DNA of 64,000 nt. Origin: Gemmatimonas sp. (GTDB lineage Bacteria; Gemmatimonadota; Gemmatimonadetes; Gemmatimonadales; Gemmatimonadaceae). A program made the position numbers and the translations under genes. The stretch covers positions 3,200,001 to 3,264,000 of the forward strand of contig OZ257156.1 of NCBI GenBank assembly GCA_965279375.1, in the 5' to 3' direction. The notes under the pieces are model-generated. The model saw nothing but the letters and a program-made list of their open reading frames with translations, did no database searches and was not told the DNA's origin. Shown here piece by piece: positions 10,323 to 19,030 of this stretch (its first letter is position 1; each line of letters opens with the position of its first letter).

Positions 10323-11809
10323 GGTGCGCCTCTGAAAATCCAATAACTCTGTGCGGACGCCTTGCCGATGCGCTCCGCCTCATCGCGGGTTGCATATGGC
10401 CCCATCACCACGCGATAGAGCGTCTTTCCGGCGCGCTCGGAGGTGGTGATGCGCGGCGATTGACCTTCGATCCGAATCTTCCCGGCCACCGAGCGAGCCT
10501 GCTGCTCATCCAGCACGGCCGCGAAGGATACCGTGTAGACCGTCGTCGCGCCCGAATCTGCGCGCCCGGCGGCCGCCTCGGTGCTGTCCGCCGACCCCAG
10601 GTCGGCGCTATCGATCGCTTCGCGCGGGGCGCTCGTCCGGAATTGCACCGGCTGATCGAGCCCCTTCGCGCGCGGCCGGAAGCCATTCCACCGCAGCGCA
10701 TACCAGAAGTCGTTGGCGCCGCCGGCGACCGTCCGGCTGTCGGCCAGTGTCGTGGGGTGGGCCAACACAACGTCGGCGCCACGCGCGAGTGCAATCGAGC
10801 CGTCCGGCAGCACGAGCGGGAGATCGCCGCGCCACGCGCTTCGCACCACACCCTGAACCTCGTCGCTGCCAAGGCTGACCACGAACACCGTGTCGCCGGG
10901 TCCGCGCGCCAGCAGCACGCGCCCCAGCGCATCCATGCGCAGGTCGAGCGCCGGCGTCGGCAACTTGATCTTGCCGTTGAGCCCTTCCTCGAACCGATCG
11001 ATGATGCGGATCGCCCGGTCGTCATCCAGCGCGACGAACAGGCGATCGCCGCTCGGCGTATTGGCGATGGCACGCACCGGATCGCCGAGATCGATGTCGA
11101 GCGCAGGCTGCATGTCGCGGCTGCGGACGACGACCACGGACTCGTTCGCCCCAAAGAAAATGCGGTCACCGACCATGCCGGCGGTCGCGGCGATCGTCTT
11201 GGCCACGGGCGCCGCGTCACCGCCCACATCGAACGACAAGCTGTCCGATACGGTCTGGCCAGGCGGTCGCACGCGCCAGACCACCACGCGCTTGCCGCGA
11301 ACACCGGTCACGATCAACGAACCATCCGCCTGCGCCGACATCGCCGACACGGGCAGCGGCGGCTTGAAGCGCCAGTCACCGCCACTCGGCGTGAACCGCG
11401 TCAGTTCACCGGCGCTGGTGAGTGCATAAATCGCCGAGCCGTCGCTGGAAGAGACCGCGGCGAGGGGATCTTTCCGCTCCGTCGTCACCGACCCCAGACG
11501 CAAATCGATGCGGACCGGCGAACCGCCTGTGTCGACCGCAGCGAGGTAGCCATCCTCGGCGCCGAACGCGATGACGCGCGTCAGGGCGGGCGCCTTGCTC
11601 GATGAGCGCCAGATGACCGAGTCGAGCGATGGATAGGCGTACGCCGACACTGTCCCACCGCCGCGCGAGACGCGCAGGACGACGGGATCGGGACCACCGG
11701 GGACACTGGGAGGGGCGCCGGCTCCAGAGGGGCGGGACGAGCTATCGGCACAGCCGCCGGCAAAGCCGCACGCGAGGAGCACGAGCGCCGTCGCGGAGAG
11801 CGTGCGCAC
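10319..11809 (-). CDS. Lipoprotein with beta-propeller-like region and C-terminal SPOR domain
   Basis: Likely GTG start 11809 giving MRTLSATALVLLACGFAGGC lipobox; C-terminal YRVVMGPYATRDEAE. Confidence 0.7.
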   Translation of the reverse strand: MRTLSATALVLLACGFAGGCADSSSRPSGAGAPPSVPGGPDPVVLRVSRGGGTVSAYAYPSLDSVIWRSSSKAPALTRVIAFGAEDGYLAAVDTGGSPVRIDLRLGSVTTERKDPLAAVSSSDGSAIYALTSAGELTRFTPSGGDWRFKPPLPVSAMSAQADGSLIVTGVRGKRVVVWRVRPPGQTVSDSLSFDVGGDAAPVAKTIAATAGMVGDRIFFGANESVVVVRSRDMQPALDIDLGDPVRAIANTPSGDRLFVALDDDRAIRIIDRFEEGLNGKIKLPTPALDLRMDALGRVLLARGPGDTVFVVSLGSDEVQGVVRSAWRGDLPLVLPDGSIALARGADVVLAHPTTLADSRTVAGGANDFWYALRWNGFRPRAKGLDQPVQFRTSAPREAIDSADLGSADSTEAAAGRADSGATTVYTVSFAAVLDEQQARSVAGKIRIEGQSPRITTSERAGKTLYRVVMGPYATRDEAERIGKASAQSYWIFRGAP

Positions 11810-11842
11810 GGCGGAAAGGTACCCGCTGACCCCCAACGAGGG

Positions 11843-11873
11843 GAGGGGGCGCACGGTGTCCGTACGCCCCCTC
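11843..11873 (-). terminator. GC-rich hairpin downstream of Omp85-family gene (possible terminator/attenuator)
   Basis: GAGGGGGCG ... CGCCCCCTC inverted repeat; weak U tail. Confidence 0.4.
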
Positions 11874-11924
11874 TGTGACCCACGTTCAGTTGTCGAGCCC
11901 GCTCACTCCGTCAGACGCGTTCGG

Positions 11925-14900
11925 TCAATACGACGCACCGAAGAACCACGTCCCGAAGCCCTTCGTGTTCGGGCGGTTGAGCGGCACCGCCCAGTCCCAA
12001 CGCACGATCGCGATGTTGAACAAGTTGAGGCGGAAGCCGTAGCCGTAGCTCCTGAGCAGCGCGCGCTGCTTGGAGAAGTCGTAGTTGGACGGCTGCGACA
12101 GCGTCACCGACTGCCCGGCCGACCACGCCACACCGGCGTCGTAGAAAAACAGGCCGTCGAGTGGCGGCAGGCTGATCGGCAGCGAGCGGAGATTCATCGG
12201 GCGGATGATCGGGAAACGCAGTTCCGCACTCGCGAAGGCTACGCGGCTGCCGATCGTTTCCACCGTGTTGCACTGCGAGCCGTCATCGGTCGGCAGTCCG
12301 CTGCACTGGATGCCGCTCAAGTCGTCTCGGTTGTATCCGCGGATGTAGTCGGGGCGCCCGATCCACTTGGGAAACCGCGTCTCGTCCTTGCCCACCGCCA
12401 GGCTGCTCGTAAAGCGCGGCGCGAAGGTGATGTAGTTGAACAGGATGGGGACGTACATGCGCGCATCGACCAGGTACTCCGTCCACTTCCACGTGCCGAT
12501 GTTGGGCTGAATCTGGAGGCGCGCGCGCTTGCCGCTGATCGGGCCTGTGTAGCCGAAGAGCGAGTTGTCCGTTACCCACGCCACATACGGCGACACCCAG
12601 TTGGCCGACGCAATGTTGCGCGTCGGGCCGCGTTCGTAGCCTGTGGCGTATCCGTAGGTGTAGTCCACCAGGCGCGTGAACGGGAAGACCTGCTGGTCCA
12701 CGTTGTTGAAGCGCGCGCCCAACTCATATCGCGTAAAGCGATTGACCGGATACAGCGCCGTCGCGAACACTTCGCGCAGCACGAGCCGATTGATCTCCTG
12801 CGTCTGCTGGTACTGGTTGTTGCCGATATCGGATTGCGTCGCGTTCGAGAGCAGATAGATCGGCTGCTGCGTCACGCCGGTCGTGTACTGCAGTCGCTTG
12901 CCCAGGCTCGTGTAGCCCACGAACACCTGCGCGTCGCTCAACTGCCCGTTGATCGATCCGGAGATCGCCAGTCGGTTGTTGCCCAGCAGGTCGCTCAGCA
13001 CGATGGTGGTGCCGCCGTACGTGCCCTGACCGAAGCCTCCCTGCTGATAGCCGATGCTCGGCTGCGCGATGTACTCGGGCGTGAAGCGCACCTTGTAGCG
13101 CGTGTCGCGGAAGCGCGTGGTGTCCGGCAGGTTGAAATCGAAGCTGTCCATCATCGCGCGCACGCTGATCTGCTCCGACGCACGAGCGGCCGTCAGTTGC
13201 GGCAAATCACTCGAGACACGCGCCAGGTCGGCGTTGGTCGGCCGATAGAACGACTGCCGCGAGACCGTCGTGTCGCGCACGCTGCCACGCCGCAGATGCG
13301 ACGTCGGATCGACTGGAGCGGCTGGCACGACTGGGTTGGCCGCACCCGTCGTCACGCCCGTCGTCACTCCCGGTGCCGTGGCCGACGCGACGCCGGGCAC
13401 GCTCACACTCGGCACGCCCGGAGCACCCGGTGCTCCCGGTACGCCCTGCGCTCCCGGTACGCCCTGCGCCACGAGCGCGGTGGCCGCGCCCGGCTTGAAC
13501 GGCTCCTTCTTGAGCGAACGCGGATTCGGAATCTTCCAGATCGCGTGCTCACCCTTCTCGTAGTACACGAACGCGAGCAGGTCTGCACCGTGCGCCCACG
13601 AAATCGCCGGTGACATCTCGGCGACCGCGTTGATCGCGCCGGCAACGTTCGTCAGCTGGTAGTGCAGCTTGGTGTCGAGGTCGAACAGGAACAGATTCGA
13701 GATGCCCGTGCGATCCGACAGGAAGGCGATGCTCTTGCCGTCCGGCGCCCACTGCGGATTGATGTTGAGCCCAGCCTGCGCCGGAAGTACGGTCACTTTG
13801 GCCGTCTCCAGATCGAACAGGCAGATCTTCATCTTGCCGAACTTGAGGATGCCGTAGTCGGTGTCCTCGCCGCGATCCGATGCGAACGCGATCGTGCGCC
13901 CGTCGGGCGACCACTGCGGCTGCAGATCGCCGTACGAATCCTTGGTGAGCTGTGTGATGCCCGGCGTGTCGAACGACACCATGTACAGGTCGCTCGTGCC
14001 CTGCTTCATGCCGCTGAAAATGATCTTGCGACCGTCCGGCGAGAACGTCGGACTCAACACCTGATCGAGCTGGAAGTCGAAGGTCTTGACCACGTCGCGC
14101 GTCTTCATGTCCAGCACGTACAACACATCGCGCCCACCACGCTGACCGGTGAACGCCAACAGCTTGCCGTCGGGCGAGAACTCGGGCTGCGAGTAGATGT
14201 ACCGGAGCTGCTCGAAGTCGGGATTGGTCGTCGTCTTGACCAGGCGCGCCAGCTTCTTGCCGGTCTGCGCATTCGCGAGATAGAGCTCCGGGAAAACTTC
14301 ACCGCGCAGCAAGCTGCCGTACGCCACGTACGTGATGAACTGTCCATCGGGCGAGAGCGACGGCGCGACGAACAGGCTCGCAATCGAGCCCGAGCGACGC
14401 TGCGACAGCAACGGCTCCGCGAACGAGCGCGGACGCTGCAGGTCGGCGATCTGCGGCAGATACTTCGCGCTCATCGCCTGCTTCCACTCGTCGCTCAGCT
14501 CATCGAGCGACATGCCGATCTCGCGACGGAACGCGCGATCGAGACCAAGGCTCGGCACCGCGTTCATGATCTCGCCGATCACCTCGTCACCCCAGCGCGC
14601 GCCCACGTACTGCCACACGCTCAAACCGTAGCGATACGGGAAGTACTTGTCGGGGCGCTCCATCATCTGCTGGATGCTCGGCAGCGTGCCGTTGACCACG
14701 CCATCGCGCACCCACGCGTCAGTCCACGGATGCTTGTCGCCAATGGAGAAGTATTCGGCGAGTCCTTCAATGAACCAGAGCGGCGGATTGACCATCGCGA
14801 GGTTCTGCAGGCCGCTGCCCGCGCGACCGCGCGAGAAGATGTCGAACTGGAAGACGTGCACCATTTCGTGCTGCAGCACGTGCTCGAAGCTGCCCCAGTC

Positions 14901-15293
14901 GCCGCTGAAGAACTGCGCCATGCGCTGGCGCAGCGGGTCGGTGACACCACCCGTGCCTTCGCCCAGATCGCCAAAGACGTTGCTCTGCGCGAAGTCGCCA
15001 GAGGATCCGAAGATCAGGATCGGCTTCTTCTCGCGGAACTGATGGGCCATCAAACGCGACAGCCGTGCGTACGACCGTTCGGCCATGCGCGCGGCATCAG
15101 GCGCGACGTCGGCAATCTCCGGGTAGTAATGCACCAGGAAATGCTCCGTCTCGATCACACGCCAGCGCAGGTGGTCGTACTGCACCTGATTCTGGCCGAA
15201 ATACCCTTGGGCCCTCGCCGGCGCTGCCATCGCGCTCAGGCCGAGGCCCAGCATTGTTGCCCACCGTGCAATTCGTCCGGCTGTCGGCTTCAC
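11925..15293 (-). CDS. Omp85/BamA-superfamily outer-membrane protein with N-terminal zinc-peptidase (MA-like) domain and PD40/TolB-like propeller
   Basis: Signal peptide (APARA-Q); HEMVH and WFIEGLAEY; several (F/W)SPDG repeats; IRGY loop motif; C-terminal FFGASY beta-signal; GTG start overlaps rsfS stop. Confidence 0.85.
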   Translation of the reverse strand: MKPTAGRIARWATMLGLGLSAMAAPARAQGYFGQNQVQYDHLRWRVIETEHFLVHYYPEIADVAPDAARMAERSYARLSRLMAHQFREKKPILIFGSSGDFAQSNVFGDLGEGTGGVTDPLRQRMAQFFSGDWGSFEHVLQHEMVHVFQFDIFSRGRAGSGLQNLAMVNPPLWFIEGLAEYFSIGDKHPWTDAWVRDGVVNGTLPSIQQMMERPDKYFPYRYGLSVWQYVGARWGDEVIGEIMNAVPSLGLDRAFRREIGMSLDELSDEWKQAMSAKYLPQIADLQRPRSFAEPLLSQRRSGSIASLFVAPSLSPDGQFITYVAYGSLLRGEVFPELYLANAQTGKKLARLVKTTTNPDFEQLRYIYSQPEFSPDGKLLAFTGQRGGRDVLYVLDMKTRDVVKTFDFQLDQVLSPTFSPDGRKIIFSGMKQGTSDLYMVSFDTPGITQLTKDSYGDLQPQWSPDGRTIAFASDRGEDTDYGILKFGKMKICLFDLETAKVTVLPAQAGLNINPQWAPDGKSIAFLSDRTGISNLFLFDLDTKLHYQLTNVAGAINAVAEMSPAISWAHGADLLAFVYYEKGEHAIWKIPNPRSLKKEPFKPGAATALVAQGVPGAQGVPGAPGAPGVPSVSVPGVASATAPGVTTGVTTGAANPVVPAAPVDPTSHLRRGSVRDTTVSRQSFYRPTNADLARVSSDLPQLTAARASEQISVRAMMDSFDFNLPDTTRFRDTRYKVRFTPEYIAQPSIGYQQGGFGQGTYGGTTIVLSDLLGNNRLAISGSINGQLSDAQVFVGYTSLGKRLQYTTGVTQQPIYLLSNATQSDIGNNQYQQTQEINRLVLREVFATALYPVNRFTRYELGARFNNVDQQVFPFTRLVDYTYGYATGYERGPTRNIASANWVSPYVAWVTDNSLFGYTGPISGKRARLQIQPNIGTWKWTEYLVDARMYVPILFNYITFAPRFTSSLAVGKDETRFPKWIGRPDYIRGYNRDDLSGIQCSGLPTDDGSQCNTVETIGSRVAFASAELRFPIIRPMNLRSLPISLPPLDGLFFYDAGVAWSAGQSVTLSQPSNYDFSKQRALLRSYGYGFRLNLFNIAIVRWDWAVPLNRPNTKGFGTWFFGASY
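13432..13467. repeat. 18-bp perfect tandem duplication within a Gly/Pro/Ala/Val linker
   Basis: GCTCCCGGTACGCCCTGC x2, encoding (AQGVPG)x2 on the minus strand. Confidence 0.85.
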
Positions 15294-15673
15294 CGCGCGC
15301 CCCCTATGGCAGCACCGAGTTGGACCGTCGTCGCGTCGCCCCACAGCCGTTCCAGCTGGTAGTACTGACGCATCGTCGGGTGAAACACGTGCACCACGCA
15401 GTCGTGGTAATCCAGCAGTGCCCACCGACCCTGCGTGAGCCCTTCGGTCATATTGGTAGACACGCCAGACGTTCGAAGCCCTGCCTGCACATGTTCGGCA
15501 ATCGAGCGGACATGTGTATCGGACGTGCCACTGGCAATAACAAAGAAGTCGGTCATGTCCGTCACACCGCGCAGATCCAGCACGACGATGTCGTTCGCCT
15601 TCAGCTCGTTCGCCAGTTCGGCGGCACGGCGGGCGGTGAATTCTCCGGAGTCTGTGACGCGGGCTGCAGCCAT
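15290..15673 (-). CDS. rsfS: Ribosome silencing factor RsfS (iojap)
   Basis: KANDIVVLDL, DFFVIASGTS, WALLDY..VVHVF..RQYYQLERLW. Confidence 0.95.
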   Translation of the reverse strand: MAAARVTDSGEFTARRAAELANELKANDIVVLDLRGVTDMTDFFVIASGTSDTHVRSIAEHVQAGLRTSGVSTNMTEGLTQGRWALLDYHDCVVHVFHPTMRQYYQLERLWGDATTVQLGAAIGGAR

Positions 15674-15783
15674 GATTCGTTGGGCGGGACGACAGGGAAG
15701 GGAACGGCGTACGAATGCTACGCCGTGATACCCGGCGCGGTTCTGCGGGGTTCGCGGAGGTTCGCGCCGGGCCGACTCCAGAC

Positions 15784-15811
15784 AGTATGCGTGTTGGCGC
15801 CACGGACACAA
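15784..15811 (-). promoter_or_regulatory. Putative sigma70-type promoter for rsfS and downstream genes
   Basis: TTGTGT-16 nt-CATACT on the minus strand, just downstream of the rplI terminator. Confidence 0.45.
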
Positions 15812-15853
15812 CCACCGGACCGTCCCGGTCGTGCCAGACGACACCGATTCCCC

Positions 15854-15892
15854 AAACGACACGAGGCCGTCGCGGTGAGCGACAGCCTCGTG
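15854..15892 (-). terminator. Intrinsic terminator after rplI
   Basis: CACGAGGCTGTCGC-TCACC-GCGACGGCCTCGTG hairpin followed by TCGTTT. Confidence 0.65.
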
Positions 15893-15935
15893 AGAACTCT
15901 CAGCAGACGGGATGAACCGCCTGTGTATTGCCGAG

Positions 15936-16379
15936 TTACTGCTTGATGACCCAGACCTTGATCTCGGGCTTCACGTCGGCGTGCAGACGCACACCCACGC
16001 GATAGACGCCGAGGGCCTTGATCGGCTCATTGAGCTCGATCTGGCGCTTCTCGATCTTGTAGCCCTGCGCCTCGAGCTGGTGGGCGATGTCGGCCGTGGT
16101 GACGGAGCCGAACAACTTGCCCTCTTCGCCGACGCGTGCCGCGAAGGTCACCGAGACTTCGCCCAGCTTCTCGGCGATCTGCGCCGCTGCGTTGCGACGC
16201 TCGGCCTCAGCGGCCTCGAGGCGGTTCTTTTCCGCTGCGATGCGCTTGCGGTTGCCTTCGGTGGCTTCGTAGGCGAAGCCGCGCGGCAGGAGGAAGTTGC
16301 GGGCGTAGCCGGACGACACGGAGACGATGTCACCCGGATGGCCGAGCTTGTCGATGGCGTTGCGAAGAATGACTTCCAT
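15936..16379 (-). CDS. rplI: 50S ribosomal protein L9
   Basis: MEVIL...LG..GDIV.V..GYARNFLLP; GKLFGSVT. Confidence 0.98.
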   Translation of the reverse strand: MEVILRNAIDKLGHPGDIVSVSSGYARNFLLPRGFAYEATEGNRKRIAAEKNRLEAAEAERRNAAAQIAEKLGEVSVTFAARVGEEGKLFGSVTTADIAHQLEAQGYKIEKRQIELNEPIKALGVYRVGVRLHADVKPEIKVWVIKQ

Positions 16380-16406
16380 GAGAACTCCGGGTCGAACCGG
16401 TAGAGA

Positions 16407-17543
16407 TTAGAGCAGCGACGACGGTCGGCGCGTGCCGACGCGGAAATCGCGCCAGGTGTCGCCCAACCCGAGTCCGAACGTGGTCGCCAAGACGATGGCG
16501 AGCACCCAGACCGGGCCGAGGAGCGGAATCAGAATCAGCAAAGCGATCAGCGCCATGACAGCGACGCGATCTGGGATCCACCACGTCAGCACACCCGCCC
16601 CGCGAAGCGCGTACAGCGTGCCAAAGAAACAAACGAAGTTCGCACCGGGCGTCCGCCATTCCGTCAGGGCGGGGAGGAGCAGGAACGTCACTCCAACCAC
16701 CAACCCCCAGACCAGCTGATCGTTGAACCGGAGATCACGCAGCTGACCGAGCGGAGGCCCGATGCGCACGCGCGACAACCGATGGTACGCTGCCCAGCCC
16801 AACCCGAGCGCCAGAAGCGACTCGAGTGCGAGCAGTGCAGGAGCCAGCAACAGCAGCGGACCGTGCGACGCCGTGGGACCGGAAACCGGCTCACCGAGCG
16901 CTGGCAGGATCGTCGCCATCTTTTCCGCACGCGCTGCCGCTTCCGGCATACGCTTCGCAAACGATTGCCACGACCCCGAATCCGTGCGGCGATGCCACGA
17001 GGCCAACGCTTCGCCGAGGCGACGCTGGTACTCGCTGCCGAGCATACGCGTGGCTTCGTCGAAGGGACTCGAATCCGCCGGCGCCCGACTGGACACCCCC
17101 GCCACCGTGACCGCACCCGCCAGTGCCACCGCCGCCAGCGCGCGCCCGAGAAACGGTCGCGCACTCGTCGCCAGACATACCAGCCCGAACGCGGCACCGA
17201 GCGACAGTGCCCACCCGCGCACGAACGCTCCGTAACCGACCAGCGGCAGCGGAACGAACCAAACCACCGCCGCCGCCAGCGCCACCCAGAGCAAGAGGCC
17301 GAGCACTCGCCCGCCCGCCCACCAGCCCACCAGCGCACAGGTCGCGAGCGACACCAGTACCAGCAGCGCGAACTGCTCGACCGGCAGCAGCAGGCGAACG
17401 AGTCCAGCGAGCAGAGCAACGGCCGGCGGCCAGACCGGCGCCGCCGTGATCACCACCATGAGCACGAGCGCGACGACAAACCATCGCCACCCGCGCTCCT
17501 GCGGAGCAGTCGCGGCGGAGCCCGACGCGACCGCTCCTGTCAT
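16407..17543 (-). CDS. DUF2232/YybS-like integral membrane protein
   Basis: Many TM segments; C-terminal GLGDTWRDFR; conserved position between rpsR and rplI. Confidence 0.75.
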   Translation of the reverse strand: MTGAVASGSAATAPQERGWRWFVVALVLMVVITAAPVWPPAVALLAGLVRLLLPVEQFALLVLVSLATCALVGWWAGGRVLGLLLWVALAAAVVWFVPLPLVGYGAFVRGWALSLGAAFGLVCLATSARPFLGRALAAVALAGAVTVAGVSSRAPADSSPFDEATRMLGSEYQRRLGEALASWHRRTDSGSWQSFAKRMPEAAARAEKMATILPALGEPVSGPTASHGPLLLLAPALLALESLLALGLGWAAYHRLSRVRIGPPLGQLRDLRFNDQLVWGLVVGVTFLLLPALTEWRTPGANFVCFFGTLYALRGAGVLTWWIPDRVAVMALIALLILIPLLGPVWVLAIVLATTFGLGLGDTWRDFRVGTRRPSSLL

Positions 17544-17544
17544 A

Positions 17545-17766
17545 TCAGCCCGTCTGTCCCTTGACGTACGGAAGCAGGGCGAGGAACCGCGCCTTCTTCA
17601 CGGCCTTGGACAGCTGACGCTGGTGACGCGCATCGACGCCGCTCAGACGGCTCGGCAGGATCTTGCCGTAATCCGTGATGAAACGGGCGAGGAGACGGTC
17701 GTCCTTGTAGTCCACGTAGCGGATGCCCGCTTCCGTGATCGGGCAGGGCTTCTTCTGTCGGCGCAT
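17545..17766 (-). CDS. rpsR: 30S ribosomal protein S18
   Basis: VDYKD..LL.RFIT..GKILPSR.SG...HQRQL..AVKKAR.LALLPY. Confidence 0.98.
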   Translation of the reverse strand: MRRQKKPCPITEAGIRYVDYKDDRLLARFITDYGKILPSRLSGVDARHQRQLSKAVKKARFLALLPYVKGQTG

Positions 17767-17769
17767 GGG

Positions 17770-18162
17770 TTATTCCTCGTCGTCGTCGTCGTCATCACTG
17801 CGCCCACGGCGGGCAGCCAACTCTTCATCCGTCAGCTTCGGCGCGCCGAGCTCGTGCTCGTGCAGCGTGACGAGGTACCGCACCACGCCTTCATCCAGCT
17901 TCAGTGCGCGCTCGAACTCGGGCAGCACCTTCGGCTCGGCGTTGAAATGCGAGATGATGTAGTAGCCGTTCTCGTGACGACCGATCTTGTACGCGAGGGC
18001 CCGACGGCCCCAATGCTCGATTTCGGCCGGCTCCTTGAGTTCCAGGAGCGCCTGCACCTTATCCAGCTTCTCGACAATGGCCGTGTCTTCCAGCGCAGAG
18101 TCGTAGATGTACACCGCTTCGTACCGCCGCGATGCCTGGCGGCGGATCTTGAGCTTTGCCAC
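17770..18162 (-). CDS. rpsF: 30S ribosomal protein S6
   Basis: RRYE..YI, WGRRALAYKI, GYY, VVRYLV; acidic tail; GTG start after GGGAGG. Confidence 0.96.
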   Translation of the reverse strand: MAKLKIRRQASRRYEAVYIYDSALEDTAIVEKLDKVQALLELKEPAEIEHWGRRALAYKIGRHENGYYIISHFNAEPKVLPEFERALKLDEGVVRYLVTLHEHELGAPKLTDEELAARRGRSDDDDDDEE

Positions 18163-18310
18163 TCGGCAATCCTCCCTATGGACTTGAGATGCCCCCCGCA
18201 GTGCCGTTCCGCAGGAGGAGGGGGCGCCGGAAGAAATCCGGCGCGGTAGAACCTAAAAACCTATTCGGGAGAGGGTCCGCGAGGCAAGGGACGAGGTTAT
18301 CTCTCTGTCC

Positions 18311-19015
18311 ATGTGCGGACGATACGGCTTCGGCAATCCTGCGCGGTTCGACGCGCTCGGCCTCGGCGTGGCCATGCCACCCCTGAGCCCTCGCTTCAAC
18401 GTGGCCCCGTCCCAGGCGGTCCCGCTCGTGGTGCAGGACGCGAGCGGGCGGCAGGGCGTCTTCGCCAAATGGGGGCTGGTCCCCGCCTGGGCCGACGAAC
18501 CCTCGATCGGCCACAAACTGGCCAACGCCCGCGGCGACACCGTCGCCACCAAGCCGTCCTTCCGGTCCGCCTTCAAGCAGCGCCGCGGCCTGATGCCCGC
18601 CGATCTGTTCTACGAGTGGCAGATCGTGCCCGGCCAAAAGACCAAGCAACCGTGGTGCATCCGATTTCCGGATCAGGCGCCTTTCCTGTTTGGCGCGATA
18701 TGGGAGCTGTGGCAGCCCAAGAACGATCCCATCGCCGAGCCCCTGCGTACCTGCGCGATCATCACCACTGATGCCAGTGCGGTCATGTCGAGTGTCCACG
18801 ACCGCATGCCGGTACTCATCGCATCCGCGGACGCCGACGAGTGGCTCGATCCGGCAACGCCGCCGGCACGTGCGCAGGCGCTGATTCGCTCATGGGAGGG
18901 GCCGCTGGAATTGCATCCGGTAAGCACCTGGCTCAACACGCCGCGCCATGACGACGCGAAGTGCGCCGAGCCGATCACGCTGTACAGCTACGACGAGCTG
19001 CACTTCACGGATTGA
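18311..19015 (+). CDS. SOS response-associated peptidase (SRAP, YedK/HMCES family abasic-site protein)
   Basis: N-terminal MCGRY; RFNVAP, WGLVP.W, NAR, FYEW, HDRMPV. Confidence 0.93.
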   Translation: MCGRYGFGNPARFDALGLGVAMPPLSPRFNVAPSQAVPLVVQDASGRQGVFAKWGLVPAWADEPSIGHKLANARGDTVATKPSFRSAFKQRRGLMPADLFYEWQIVPGQKTKQPWCIRFPDQAPFLFGAIWELWQPKNDPIAEPLRTCAIITTDASAVMSSVHDRMPVLIASADADEWLDPATPPARAQALIRSWEGPLELHPVSTWLNTPRHDDAKCAEPITLYSYDELHFTD

Positions 19016-19030
19016 GCGCTAGCGGGACCG

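Noticed and set aside
15290..15862. Long N-terminal extensions in the ORF track for rsfS, Omp85, lolA, prs, pth, smc and others
   Set aside because: They cross terminators, promoters or neighbouring genes; homology and stop/start overlaps support the shorter starts used here.
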